A DNA stretch of 64,000 bases from an uncultured Candidatus Saccharibacteria bacterium (GCA_964507275.1 CAZDPG010000001.1:86503-150502); one strand, 5' to 3'; shown: positions 18,148 to 27,481, numbered from the stretch's first letter. Translations and numbers: made by a program. The notes: generated by a model not told the origin, from the letters alone.

Positions 18148-18813
18148 ATGAAGGAAATCACCGGATTTACGGCGCAGCTCGCTGAGGCGATTGCGCGGGT
18201 ATATGCGAAGAAGGAGAACTTCTTCGGTGTTTTCACCGTCACATTCATCGGGAGCGTGCTTGTCCTCGCTTCGTTCGACCTCTTGCCGAGTCGCGCCCTC
18301 GTGCATGCCGAGCCGGACGTCGTACTCGGCACGAGCACGGTCGTGAACGCGAAATCGACTCCCGAGGATCCTGTGAAGATCGTCATCCCGACAATCGGGC
18401 TCTCGGCACCCGTTGCGAATCCGACGACGACCGATATCAAGACCCTTGACCAGAATCTACTTACGGGCGCCGTGCGCTACCCGACGTCAGCGCGTCTCGG
18501 CGAAACCGGAAATGTCGTCATCTTCGGACACTCGAGCTATCTGCCGGTTGTCGGCAATCAGGCATACAAGGCGTTCAACGGCATCCAGAAGCTCGTCGCG
18601 GGAGATACGATAACGGTATATTCATCCGGTACGGCATATACGTATCAGGTGCGCGATGTGGCGAAGGAGAGCGCGGCAAGCGATGCCGGGATCAATCTCG
18701 CCGTCACCGGCCGCGTGCTCACGCTCGCGACGTGCGATTCCTTCGGCGCGAAGAGTGATCGTTTCATCGTCACGGCAGATTTTGTCGAAAGTCACTCGGT
18801 CTCTACTCTGTAG
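18148..18813 (+). CDS. srt: sortase (transpeptidase) family protein
   Basis: N-terminal TM anchor, the conserved His in IFGHSSY, and the catalytic TLxTC motif as VLTLATCD. Confidence 0.8.
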   Translation: MKEITGFTAQLAEAIARVYAKKENFFGVFTVTFIGSVLVLASFDLLPSRALVHAEPDVVLGTSTVVNAKSTPEDPVKIVIPTIGLSAPVANPTTTDIKTLDQNLLTGAVRYPTSARLGETGNVVIFGHSSYLPVVGNQAYKAFNGIQKLVAGDTITVYSSGTAYTYQVRDVAKESAASDAGINLAVTGRVLTLATCDSFGAKSDRFIVTADFVESHSVSTL

Positions 18814-18926
18814 AGGTCGGCTGACTCTCCGCAAACGGGGAGAGAAGTTCTTTGAACCAGTGTTCGGCCATCGGTCGGACGTGTCCAACCAAATGTCGCC
18901 TGTGCGGCACAGCAAAGGAGAGCAAC

Positions 18927-19817
18927 ATGAAAAAGAATATCGTGAGGATTGCCCTAGCGGTCATCCTTCTCTTGTTCGGTGCGGCGGCTCTCATGTCGGT
19001 TGCACATGCGGACGAAGGCTTCCAGTGGAAGCATTTCGGCACCGACCCGTACGCGGCCACGCGTACGGAAGCGATGCGAACGCGCGAAAGTGCATTCCGC
19101 AGCATGGGTCTCCCGGCACCGGTCATCGCGAAGTTTTTGCGTATGACCGAGAATCCGGGCGAAAAAGTACGGATTGTGAATGGCGACAAATTCTCGGCGA
19201 TGATGTCGAAAAACGGCGTCGTCCACCGAGACGTCACTGTCGCATTCGTCGCTCCTCCCGTGAGCGGCAAGATGGAATACGCGGCACCCGCGGAGATGTG
19301 GCAGGTTGTCTGGGAGGGGAAAGTCTTTACGATCCTCCTTCCGGAGATCTGCAACAATTGGTCCTACAAATGGACCAGTCGCGAAATAGCTCTCGCATGC
19401 GCGAGCGTTGAATTCTCCGTGAAGCCGGGCGACGAAGTTCGCTTCGCTGTCCTTTCGCGGAACCGCCTTCCGGCTTCGGCTTGTTGGCAGCTCTGCGATG
19501 GCAATGATTGTTCCATGTTCCCGTCGCCGTGCGACACGTGCGATTGGATTGGTCCGTTATCGGTCATTCCGACCGGATTCGTGCCGCTCCACACAGGAAG
19601 ATACGTCGCCCGTGCGGAGCATCAGGTTTTGCGTTTCCCTCGGGAAGTGATGAGCAACTACATCGCTCTCTGCGACGAACGCAAAGGAATGGGACAATCC
19701 GATTCGTGGATAGTCCAACCGTCTGCCTGGCGTGACAGCATGGTGGTGTATGTACCGTATGGCGGTCAGCGATGGCCAACATGGGGCGAGGTCGATCTCT
19801 CGAAGTGGAAACGCTGA
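18927..19817 (+). CDS. secreted cysteine-rich protein, hypothetical
   Basis: AAAGGAGAG Shine-Dalgarno 6 nt before ATG 18927. Signal peptide MKKNIVRIALAVILLLFGAAALMSVAHA. About 10 Cys residues in the mature part. Confidence 0.5.
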   Translation: MKKNIVRIALAVILLLFGAAALMSVAHADEGFQWKHFGTDPYAATRTEAMRTRESAFRSMGLPAPVIAKFLRMTENPGEKVRIVNGDKFSAMMSKNGVVHRDVTVAFVAPPVSGKMEYAAPAEMWQVVWEGKVFTILLPEICNNWSYKWTSREIALACASVEFSVKPGDEVRFAVLSRNRLPASACWQLCDGNDCSMFPSPCDTCDWIGPLSVIPTGFVPLHTGRYVARAEHQVLRFPREVMSNYIALCDERKGMGQSDSWIVQPSAWRDSMVVYVPYGGQRWPTWGEVDLSKWKR

Positions 19818-19889
19818 AATGAGACCGAATCTCTTTTGGAGTCTGGCGGCAGAGTAACATCCCGCCGTCAGCACTCCTTTTTGTAGAAA

Positions 19890-21581
19890 ATGAAAACTCA
19901 CAACTATTCTCATAAAAAGCATAATCCGATTCTTGTCGGGTTCTTTGTGCTGTTCGCAACAATTTCGTTCGGTATGTCGGTTGCCTTCGCACTCGGCCTC
20001 ACGACACCGACCCAGGTATTCGCCCAGCTTGCCCCACCGTGTTGCACGCTGCCCACTCCTCCGGCACCCATCGCGCCACCTCCGCCGCCAGTACCGGAAC
20101 CAGCTCCAGTACCACCGCCGCCGCCAGCACCCATCGCTCCGGTCCCGCCACTGGTAGCACCAGTCGTGGTTCCTCCTCCTGCCATCCTTGGGTGTATGGA
20201 CCCCGCTGCTACGAATTACAATTCAGCTGCGACAGATCAGACGGGCGTAACGTGTACGTATCCCGTGGTTCCTCCTGCGGTTGTCTTCGGCTGCATGGAT
20301 CCGGTCGCGACTAATTTCAATCCGGCAGCGACAGATCAGACCGGCATAACGTGTACCTATCCAGGTGGTGGAGGCGGTACACCGGCACCAGTTTGTACCC
20401 TTACGGCCGCTCCTTCGGCAGTGACAGCAGGCTCCTCCTCGACACTCTCGTGGACGGCAAGCAATGCAACCGCACTCACTATCGATAATAGCGTTGGCTC
20501 GGTGACACCAGTTGCTGCAGGCTCAAGCTCGGTGACACCAGCCGCTACGGTTACCTATACGGGCACCGCGACGGGTCCCGGAGGTTCAGCAGTCTGTTCC
20601 GCGACGGTGACCGTGGCGACCCCTTCAGGTGGTGGTGGCCCGTCCGGTGGTGGTGGGGGAGGAGGCGGTGGTTCTTCTATCACGCCGACTATAACCCTTG
20701 CCGCGCTTCCTCATATCAATGCTCAGCCGCTCGTGTACCTGTACCTCTCTCAGATTCCGTACACGGGTCTTGATCTCGGACCTGTCGGTACGGCGCTCTA
20801 CTGGATTGCGCTTATTGGATGGTCAATCGCACTCGCGTACCTCGCGCTCTTCACCATCGTGCCATTTCTTCGTCGCACCGCGCATAGTTTCGGCGAGCAT
20901 GTTTCAGCACTCCTGAACGCGCAGCAGAACACCGTTCTTGCGGCACCGGTCATGACAGTAGCAGCGCCCGAAGTGTCTTCTCCGACACCAGAAGTAGCTC
21001 TTCCGTCCCACGACTACTCCTCGTACGAAGGATTCAAATCCTTTGCGCATAATGGCGCACTCTCGATTGAAGACATCGTGAAGGGTCTCTCACGTGCGCA
21101 TTCCGCTCCTCAGGCAGAGCACGCGTCCGTAGAGATTGCTGCTCACGAATCTCCTTCGGAACATGCACCGAACGTGTCGACTCCGTCCTCTATCGAGACT
21201 CTCTCCGTTGATCCTCATCCGGTGGTAGATGCGTTTGCAGCAGCGGCTCTCGCACCGATGGACGCGAATGGCTTCATCGCGGCGCTCGTCGAAGGCGATC
21301 GTAACGCGGTGTTCAGTACCTTGCGGCACTGCGCGGGTGCAGGCAAGTCGCCCGATAATCTCATTTCCTCCGTCGTGTGCTCGCTCGATGATGCGTACCG
21401 TGCACGCGTCGACGGCTCGTCCTGCGACGCCGCCATCGCTCGTCTGACCGCGCGCCTCGATACACCGACCCTGGAGAATCTCGTGACCGCGCTCGCGACG
21501 GCCGTCGACTCGAGCTATACCGACAAGATGACGGGAGCGAAGTTGGCGCTGACGCGCGCACTCGCGGTCCTCGGCGCTTAG
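19890..21581 (+). CDS. proline-rich surface protein with tandem Cys-bracketed repeats and internal sorting-signal-like motif
   Basis: Signal/TM at the N-terminus, a PPPP-rich linker, two copies of GCMDPxATNxNxAATDQTGxTCTYP, a Gly run, then IPYTG + hydrophobic helix + RR, then a 270-aa C-terminal domain. Confidence 0.55.
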   Translation: MKTHNYSHKKHNPILVGFFVLFATISFGMSVAFALGLTTPTQVFAQLAPPCCTLPTPPAPIAPPPPPVPEPAPVPPPPPAPIAPVPPLVAPVVVPPPAILGCMDPAATNYNSAATDQTGVTCTYPVVPPAVVFGCMDPVATNFNPAATDQTGITCTYPGGGGGTPAPVCTLTAAPSAVTAGSSSTLSWTASNATALTIDNSVGSVTPVAAGSSSVTPAATVTYTGTATGPGGSAVCSATVTVATPSGGGGPSGGGGGGGGGSSITPTITLAALPHINAQPLVYLYLSQIPYTGLDLGPVGTALYWIALIGWSIALAYLALFTIVPFLRRTAHSFGEHVSALLNAQQNTVLAAPVMTVAAPEVSSPTPEVALPSHDYSSYEGFKSFAHNGALSIEDIVKGLSRAHSAPQAEHASVEIAAHESPSEHAPNVSTPSSIETLSVDPHPVVDAFAAAALAPMDANGFIAALVEGDRNAVFSTLRHCAGAGKSPDNLISSVVCSLDDAYRARVDGSSCDAAIARLTARLDTPTLENLVTALATAVDSSYTDKMTGAKLALTRALAVLGA

Positions 21582-21609
21582 TCGAGTCGATAATTCAATA
21601 CAAAACAAA

Positions 21610-21640
21610 ACACCCGGACGCGAGACGTTCGGGTGTTTTG
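21610..21640. terminator. bidirectional intrinsic terminator between convergent genes
   Basis: ACACCCGGACG-CGAGA-CGTTCGGGTGT is an 11-bp stem with one G.U pair, flanked by AAAACAAAAC and TTTTG. Confidence 0.6.
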
Positions 21641-21649
21641 TCTTACTGT

Positions 21650-22879
21650 TTAAGAACGCGCTTTGATCTCGCTTGTCGCGCGCGCGACGAAGTCCGTGAT
21701 GGACATCGCGTCAAGCTTGCCGGCATCGCGGCTCTCGACCGATACCGTCTTCGCCTCGACTTCTGCATCGCCGATGACGAGTAGGTAGGGAATCTTTTCT
21801 GTCTTCGCGGTACGGATCTTCTTTCCGAGCGATTCGTTTGCCAGGTCGCTATCTGCCCGGATGCCCGCATCGCGGAGATCCTGTACCACCTGATTCGCGA
21901 AGTCCTGGTGCGCCTCGCCGATAGGTAATACGCGTGCTTGGACGGGGGAGAGCCAGAGAGGGAATGCACCGGCATACTTCTCAATGAGAAATGCCATGAT
22001 GCGCTCGATAGCACCGATGGAGGAGCGGTGTACGACGAATGCGCGGTGTGGAGCACCGTCTTCGCCGATGTATGAGAGGTCGAATCGCTCGGGCATCACG
22101 AAGTCGTATTGCACGGTGAAGGCGGTGTCTTCTTTCCCGTTCACGTTCTTCATCTGGATATCGACCTTCGGGCCGTAGAATGCAGCTTCTCCTTTCGCTT
22201 CTTCAAATTTAGAACCGCGGTTCTGCATGAGCCTGCGCATAAGGTCTTCGCCCATCTCCCATGCGGCGTCATTCTTATAATATTTCTCCGTAGTATCCGC
22301 GCGGTCGCCGAGCGAGAGGCGGTAGCGGTAGTCGACATCGAGTTTGAGACCGAAGACCGAGGTGACGTATTCAATCAGGTCGAGCGCGTTGCCAATCTCT
22401 TCGATAGCCTGCTCTTCAGAAGCACAGATGATATGCGCGTCAGAGAGGCAGAATGTGCGCACACGCTGGAGGCCCATGAGCTCGCCGGATTGCTCGTAGC
22501 GGTAGAGCTTCGAGAGTTCCGCGATGCGCATCGGCAGTTCGCGATAGGAGACTGGTTTGCGCAGGAACAGTTCGAAATGATGCGGGCAGGTCATCGGGCG
22601 GAGCATAAACTGCTCTTTATCTATCTCGATGGGAGCATACATCGAATCCTTATAGTGCGGATAGTGTCCGCTTTTCTTATACAAATCGAGCTTAGCGATG
22701 TCCGGCGTGTAGACGTGGAGGTAGCCGCGCTTTATTTCCTCATCCACGATGAAGCGCTCAAGCTCGCGGCGTATGACCGAACCCTTGGGGGTGAAGAGAG
22801 GGAGACCCTTACCGACGGAATCTGAAAAAGTGAAGAGATCGAGCTCTTTGCCCAGCTTCTTATGATCGTGTTCGTCCAT
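21650..22879 (-). CDS. thrS: threonine--tRNA ligase, catalytic + anticodon-binding domains only (N-terminal TGS/editing module absent)
   Basis: Begins MDEHDHKKLGKELDLF, which matches the start of the class II catalytic core (E. coli RDHRKIGKQLDLY, around residue 243). Contains motifs 1-3 and a C-terminal anticodon-binding domain. The in-frame upstream extension is at most 86 codons and has no resemblance to N1/N2 domains. Confidence 0.85.
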   Translation of the reverse strand: MDEHDHKKLGKELDLFTFSDSVGKGLPLFTPKGSVIRRELERFIVDEEIKRGYLHVYTPDIAKLDLYKKSGHYPHYKDSMYAPIEIDKEQFMLRPMTCPHHFELFLRKPVSYRELPMRIAELSKLYRYEQSGELMGLQRVRTFCLSDAHIICASEEQAIEEIGNALDLIEYVTSVFGLKLDVDYRYRLSLGDRADTTEKYYKNDAAWEMGEDLMRRLMQNRGSKFEEAKGEAAFYGPKVDIQMKNVNGKEDTAFTVQYDFVMPERFDLSYIGEDGAPHRAFVVHRSSIGAIERIMAFLIEKYAGAFPLWLSPVQARVLPIGEAHQDFANQVVQDLRDAGIRADSDLANESLGKKIRTAKTEKIPYLLVIGDAEVEAKTVSVESRDAGKLDAMSITDFVARATSEIKARS

Positions 22880-23345
22880 CGGGCTATGATAGCACTCATA
22901 TTCTATCGGGTAAAAGGGAGGGGATAAACGCGTTGCGACGCTTCGAGGGCGGTGGTATATATACATGAGCTGTCGCTGACCTTCCGTGCAATGCGCGGCA
23001 CTCAGGAGGATGGCTGCTGTACAATCCCTCGTTCTCCCAACGTCAAAAACGAAAGGAAACAACCATGAAGACCCGCCCCTGTGCTCTGGAGTTCCGAATG
23101 CCGCTGACCGCCTCGTCCGATTCCGGCCGCCACGCAAAGCTGCGGCCCGGCGCCAAGAAGATCACGGCCGCAACGAGCGTCAGGCTCCTGCAATAAGTCG
23201 GCGGCAAGGTCCAGTGTTTCAAAGCGGGTGCCGTCGTACCGACGCCGCTCACTCGAGATATGCTTCTCACCGAAGCACCTCTCACCACCGGGGGCTCGTG
23301 CATCGCGAGCTTCCCAAAGGCCCTCTCCGGAGGGCTTTCCCATTT

Positions 23346-26300
23346 CTATAACGGTTTCAATTCTTCTATCGCAAGCGATGGTTCTCCATTGCGAACTGAG
23401 ACTTTCCCTTTCACGAGCAGACAGTTGCCAGGTGCGATGATTGCAGAATGCACTTTCAGTAACTTAGGGAATACGACCGCTTCGATGGAATCGGTTGCGT
23501 CCTCGACTGTGATGAATGCCATCTTCTCGCCGCTCTTGGTGAGCATCGTGCGCACGACCGACACGAGTACGGGCAGGATGAGTAGCATGCCGGATTTCGG
23601 ATCCTCTTTTATCTTCTGTATGGAAAGGCTCGCTTTCTTCGTGACCGAACCGTGCGCATCGAGCGGATGACCGGAGATGTAGATGCCGAGCAGCTCCTTC
23701 TCCCAGGTGAGCTTGTCTGTGAGTAATGCGGGTTTGCCCTCGGGGAGGGTGAGCGCTGGCGGTGCGATGAACGCACCGAAGAGCGAGTCCTGCGGCGCGG
23801 TAGCAGTCGCTTCTCGATGGAAGGCAAGCAATGTCTCGATACTCTCAAGCAACGTGCCGCGCGCACCGGCACTGAGCGAGTCGAGAGCCCCGCACTTGAT
23901 GAGTGATTCGAGCGATTTGCGGTTCAGATTTTTCGAGCCGACACGAGAGAGGAATTCAGAGAGGGAAGCGAACGGACCGTGTGCCTCACGCTCAGCAATG
24001 ATTGCTTGCGAGATGCCCTCGCCGAAGTTCTTTATTGAAGAAAGTCCAAAACGGATGGCTTCTTTCTGAACGCCCACCACCGTGAATACACTGCCGCTCT
24101 CATTCACGTCTGGCGGGAGGACGGGGATGTTCATGCGCTTCGCTTCGGCGACGAATATCGCGATGGCATCGGTGTCGCCGGAGTCGGCAGTGAGGACGGC
24201 AGCAAGATATTCGACCGGGTAGTTCGCCTTCATGTAGGAGGTCTGGTATGCGACCTTGCCGTAGCTGGCAGCATGCGCCTTGTTGAACCCATATGCAGCG
24301 AACGGTTCGATAAGTTCCCATAATTTCTCAGCGAGTTTCTTGGAGAGCTTTCCGTATTCGATGAAGCCCTTCAAAAGCTTTTCCTTTTCCGCCTGCATGA
24401 CCGCCGGAATCTTCTTACCCATGGCTTTGCGGAGCGCATCGGCTTCGAGCCAGGAGTAGCCGGCGAGCTTGATAGCGGTGAGGAGCACATCGTCCTGGTA
24501 CACAAGGATGCCGTATGAGAAGTCGAGGTACTCCTGCATGCGCGGGTCGAGGTAATGGATGAGTTTCGGATTCTGTTTGCGCTCGATGTAACTCGGGATG
24601 GTTTCCATAGGTCCCGGGCGGTAGAGCGCCACCATGGCGTTGATGTCGTGGATGGTCGTTGGCTTCAGCTCCTTGAGCCAACGCGTCATACCGGAACCGT
24701 TCAGCTGGAATGTGCCTTCCGTCTCGCCACGTGCAAGCATCTGGAAGGTCTTCATGTCGTCGATAGGCACGTTCTCGATATCGACGACGATTCCGCGTGT
24801 CTCTTTGACCCGGGCGACAGCATCAGCGAGGATCGCGAGGTTCTTGATGCCGAGGAAGTCGAATTTAAGCAGTCCAACGCCGCCGTATTCGTCGGTGATG
24901 GAATACATATCGTACTGGGTAATCATCTTGCCGGTGCCTTTGGGGTCAGGCTGTACCGGGGCCCATTCGATAAGCGGTGTCGGAGCGACCACGACGCCGG
25001 CAGCGTGAACGCCGACGTGCCGCACGCACCCCTCGATGCGGCGCGCGAGGTCGATGATCTCACGCGCGTCATCGTCCTCGTCATAGGTCGCCTTTAGATC
25101 CGGCTCAAGCTCAAGCGCGTGCTCAATGGTCATCGGGAATCCTTGGGAGCCCATAGGGATGAGCTTCGCGATGCGATCGCCGATGGTGTAGGAGTGGCCG
25201 AGCGCGCGTGCGACATCGCGTACGGCCGCACGCGCCATCATCGTACCGAACGTGCCGATCTGTGCCACATGGTCTTCGCCGTATTTGCGTTTCGCGTACG
25301 CAATCATGTCGTCACGACGATCGTCGGCGATGTCCATGTCGATGTCCGGCGCTTTGGGGCGCTCGGGGTTCAGGAAGCGCTCGAATGGGAGCTTATAGAA
25401 GAGGGGATTCACGTTCGTGATGCCCACGAGGTAGGCCACGAGCGAGCCCGCCGCCGAGCCACGAGTCGTCGTGAGGATGCCATCGCTCTTGGCGAAGCGC
25501 AGGAGGTCGGCGACGATGAGGTAGTACACCGCGAATCCTTTGGTGATGATGATGTTCAGTTCGTATTCGATGCGGTCAGTAACCTCTTTCGTTGCTTCCA
25601 TTCCGCGCATAGCGATGCCGGCGTAGGCCGTCGCACGAAGCTCTTCATCATGCGTCTTAAATCCTGGGGAGACCGGGACAGCAGGGAAGGTCCACTTCCC
25701 GAGATCGAATGAGAGGGTACAGCGATCCGCAATCATGCGCGTGTTGTCGACCGCGTCCGGGGTGTCTTTAAATAGAGTGAGCGCCTGTTTCTCGCTGATG
25801 AAAGAGAAGTCCTCCTGCTCGTTTCGGCCACGCCCGCCCTGCTGGATACGTCGCATGATTTCGGTCGCCTCACGGTCATCTGGGTTGAGGTAATAGACAT
25901 CGTGAGCCGCAACGAGCGGCGTGTCGGTTCCCCTGGCCATCTCGATAATCTTCTTCATGAGCTCTTCATGCCCGGCGACATGCGGATGGTGCGTAATCTC
26001 AAGGAAAAGGTTCCCGGCGCCGAAGATATGTTTGAGCTCATCGAGCGCCGCTGCCGCTCCTTCTACACTGCCTGCGCGCAATGCTTGTGCGATGTCACCA
26101 GCGAACGAGGGAATGATGGCGATGATTCCTGTGTGGTGTTCGCGTAAGAGCTCTTTATCGATACGAGGACGCTCGAAGAAACCCTCCGTCCACGATTTCG
26201 TGACGAGCGCGAGAAGGTTCTTGTAACCGTCATTGTTTTCGGCGAGGAGCACGATGCGTGATCGTTTCGCGTCGATAGTCGGGTCTTTCTCGAATCGCGA

Positions 26301-26522
26301 ACGCGGTGCGAGGTAGGCGTCGACGCCGAGGATAGGCTTCACGCCCGCTTTGGTTGCCGACTTATAGAACTCAATCGCGCCGTGCATATTTCCGCCGTCG
26401 GTGAGTGCGACCGCATCCATACCTTCCTTTTTCGCTTTCTCGACGAGTTCGTCGATCTTCGGCAGCGCCTGGAGGAACGAGTAGTGGCTATGGGTGTGGA
26501 GGTGGATGAAGCGCGATGCCAT
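23346..26522 (-). CDS. dnaE: DNA polymerase III alpha subunit
   Basis: PHP domain start MASRFIHLHTHSHYSFLQALP. Polymerase core and OB fold present. Start placed at the canonical Met. Confidence 0.9.
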   Translation of the reverse strand: MASRFIHLHTHSHYSFLQALPKIDELVEKAKKEGMDAVALTDGGNMHGAIEFYKSATKAGVKPILGVDAYLAPRSRFEKDPTIDAKRSRIVLLAENNDGYKNLLALVTKSWTEGFFERPRIDKELLREHHTGIIAIIPSFAGDIAQALRAGSVEGAAAALDELKHIFGAGNLFLEITHHPHVAGHEELMKKIIEMARGTDTPLVAAHDVYYLNPDDREATEIMRRIQQGGRGRNEQEDFSFISEKQALTLFKDTPDAVDNTRMIADRCTLSFDLGKWTFPAVPVSPGFKTHDEELRATAYAGIAMRGMEATKEVTDRIEYELNIIITKGFAVYYLIVADLLRFAKSDGILTTTRGSAAGSLVAYLVGITNVNPLFYKLPFERFLNPERPKAPDIDMDIADDRRDDMIAYAKRKYGEDHVAQIGTFGTMMARAAVRDVARALGHSYTIGDRIAKLIPMGSQGFPMTIEHALELEPDLKATYDEDDDAREIIDLARRIEGCVRHVGVHAAGVVVAPTPLIEWAPVQPDPKGTGKMITQYDMYSITDEYGGVGLLKFDFLGIKNLAILADAVARVKETRGIVVDIENVPIDDMKTFQMLARGETEGTFQLNGSGMTRWLKELKPTTIHDINAMVALYRPGPMETIPSYIERKQNPKLIHYLDPRMQEYLDFSYGILVYQDDVLLTAIKLAGYSWLEADALRKAMGKKIPAVMQAEKEKLLKGFIEYGKLSKKLAEKLWELIEPFAAYGFNKAHAASYGKVAYQTSYMKANYPVEYLAAVLTADSGDTDAIAIFVAEAKRMNIPVLPPDVNESGSVFTVVGVQKEAIRFGLSSIKNFGEGISQAIIAEREAHGPFASLSEFLSRVGSKNLNRKSLESLIKCGALDSLSAGARGTLLESIETLLAFHREATATAPQDSLFGAFIAPPALTLPEGKPALLTDKLTWEKELLGIYISGHPLDAHGSVTKKASLSIQKIKEDPKSGMLLILPVLVSVVRTMLTKSGEKMAFITVEDATDSIEAVVFPKLLKVHSAIIAPGNCLLVKGKVSVRNGEPSLAIEELKPL

Positions 26523-26545
26523 ACGGCACAGTATATACTTTCTCC

Positions 26546-27139
26546 ATGAGATTTCTGCTTGGGATAGACGAGGCGGGTCGGGGCCCTTTAGCGGGGCCGG
26601 TATCGGTCGGTGTGGTCGCTGTGCCGGAAGGGTTTGATGTGGCACGAGAGTTTCCAGGCGTCGCGGACTCGAAGAAGCTTAGAGAGGAGAAGCGCGAGAA
26701 GATATTCACGGAGCTTGAGGCGCGTTCGGCTCTGGGAGACGTGCGCTTCACGGTCGAGCTCGAGAGCGCGGATACCATTGATAGGGAGGGCATCACTCTC
26801 GCCGTGCGCCGTGCAGTTTCTCGCGGCGTGAACTCTCTTGCACCAGACGCGGCGCTCGTACATGTACAACTTGATGGGTCGCTCCGTGCCCCGGCAGAAT
26901 ATGCGCAAGAGACGATCATCCATGGCGACGATCTCATCCCAATCATCTCGCTTGCGTCCATTGCGGCAAAGGTCGTACGCGACCGTTTGATGGTAGAGCT
27001 CGCCGCGCAGTATCCTGACTACGGATTTGAGAAACATAAGGGCTATGGCACGCGCCTGCATTACGAAATGCTCGAAAAACATGGTCTCTGTGTTATCCAC
27101 CGGCGGTCTTTCCTGCATCTTGCAATGGAGGGCAAATAG
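26546..27139 (+). CDS. rnhB: ribonuclease HII
   Basis: LGIDEAGRGPLAGPV and DSKKL motifs. An alternative upstream start at 26516 would overlap the dnaE start codon. Confidence 0.85.
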   Translation: MRFLLGIDEAGRGPLAGPVSVGVVAVPEGFDVAREFPGVADSKKLREEKREKIFTELEARSALGDVRFTVELESADTIDREGITLAVRRAVSRGVNSLAPDAALVHVQLDGSLRAPAEYAQETIIHGDDLIPIISLASIAAKVVRDRLMVELAAQYPDYGFEKHKGYGTRLHYEMLEKHGLCVIHRRSFLHLAMEGK

Positions 27140-27208
27140 GACTATACTATCCGCTTGTGTCCAGCAATGTCTGCAGGGGGCACAAATGAACTTTCTGGAG
27201 GAAGAAGT

Positions 27209-27481
27209 ATGAACAATAAGGTAAGTCAGCTCGTGTCGGAACATCATCCGCTCGTGCAAATGCGGAACCCGATGGTTGCACACGAAGTGTTGAATCGTTG
27301 CGGCTTCGATCAGGTGCGCTTGTGCATCTGCTGCTGGAACCACGAAAAGGTGTTGTGTCCATACCGCGGCAATGAGCCAGCTGGTGCCTGTCCGTCGTTC
27401 GTCCTCGATGAGGCGAATATTGAGAAGACGGAAAAGCGCATCATGGACTTTCTCGCCACCCCTCAATTGCTGGCTGCCTAA
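27209..27481 (+). CDS. small Cys-rich protein, possibly a minimal DUF177/YceD-like protein
   Basis: GGAGGA Shine-Dalgarno 8 nt upstream. Cys cluster RLCICCW...VLCPYRG...GACP. Position immediately upstream of rpmF is where yceD usually sits. Confidence 0.4.
   Translation: MNNKVSQLVSEHHPLVQMRNPMVAHEVLNRCGFDQVRLCICCWNHEKVLCPYRGNEPAGACPSFVLDEANIEKTEKRIMDFLATPQLLAA

Noticed and set aside
20630-20675. GGTGGTGG-type short tandem DNA repeats and the (ACACCGGCA/ACGCCTGCA)n repeats at 59820-59925, considered as possible CRISPR or other non-coding repeat arrays.
   Set aside because: Both lie in-frame inside long ORFs, encoding poly-Gly and (TPA)n linkers respectively. There are no spacer-like unique intervening sequences.
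23065-23196. 43-codon plus-strand ORF with an AAAGGAAA RBS inside the thrS leader region.
   Set aside because: Opposite strand to both flanking genes. Arg/Ala-rich product. Likely chance.
22880-23345. Looked for a T-box riboswitch (AGGGUGGNACCGCG antiterminator box) in the thrS leader.
   Set aside because: Only a weak AGGGCGGTGGTAT resemblance, and on the wrong strand. No specifier-loop or terminator architecture could be traced by eye.
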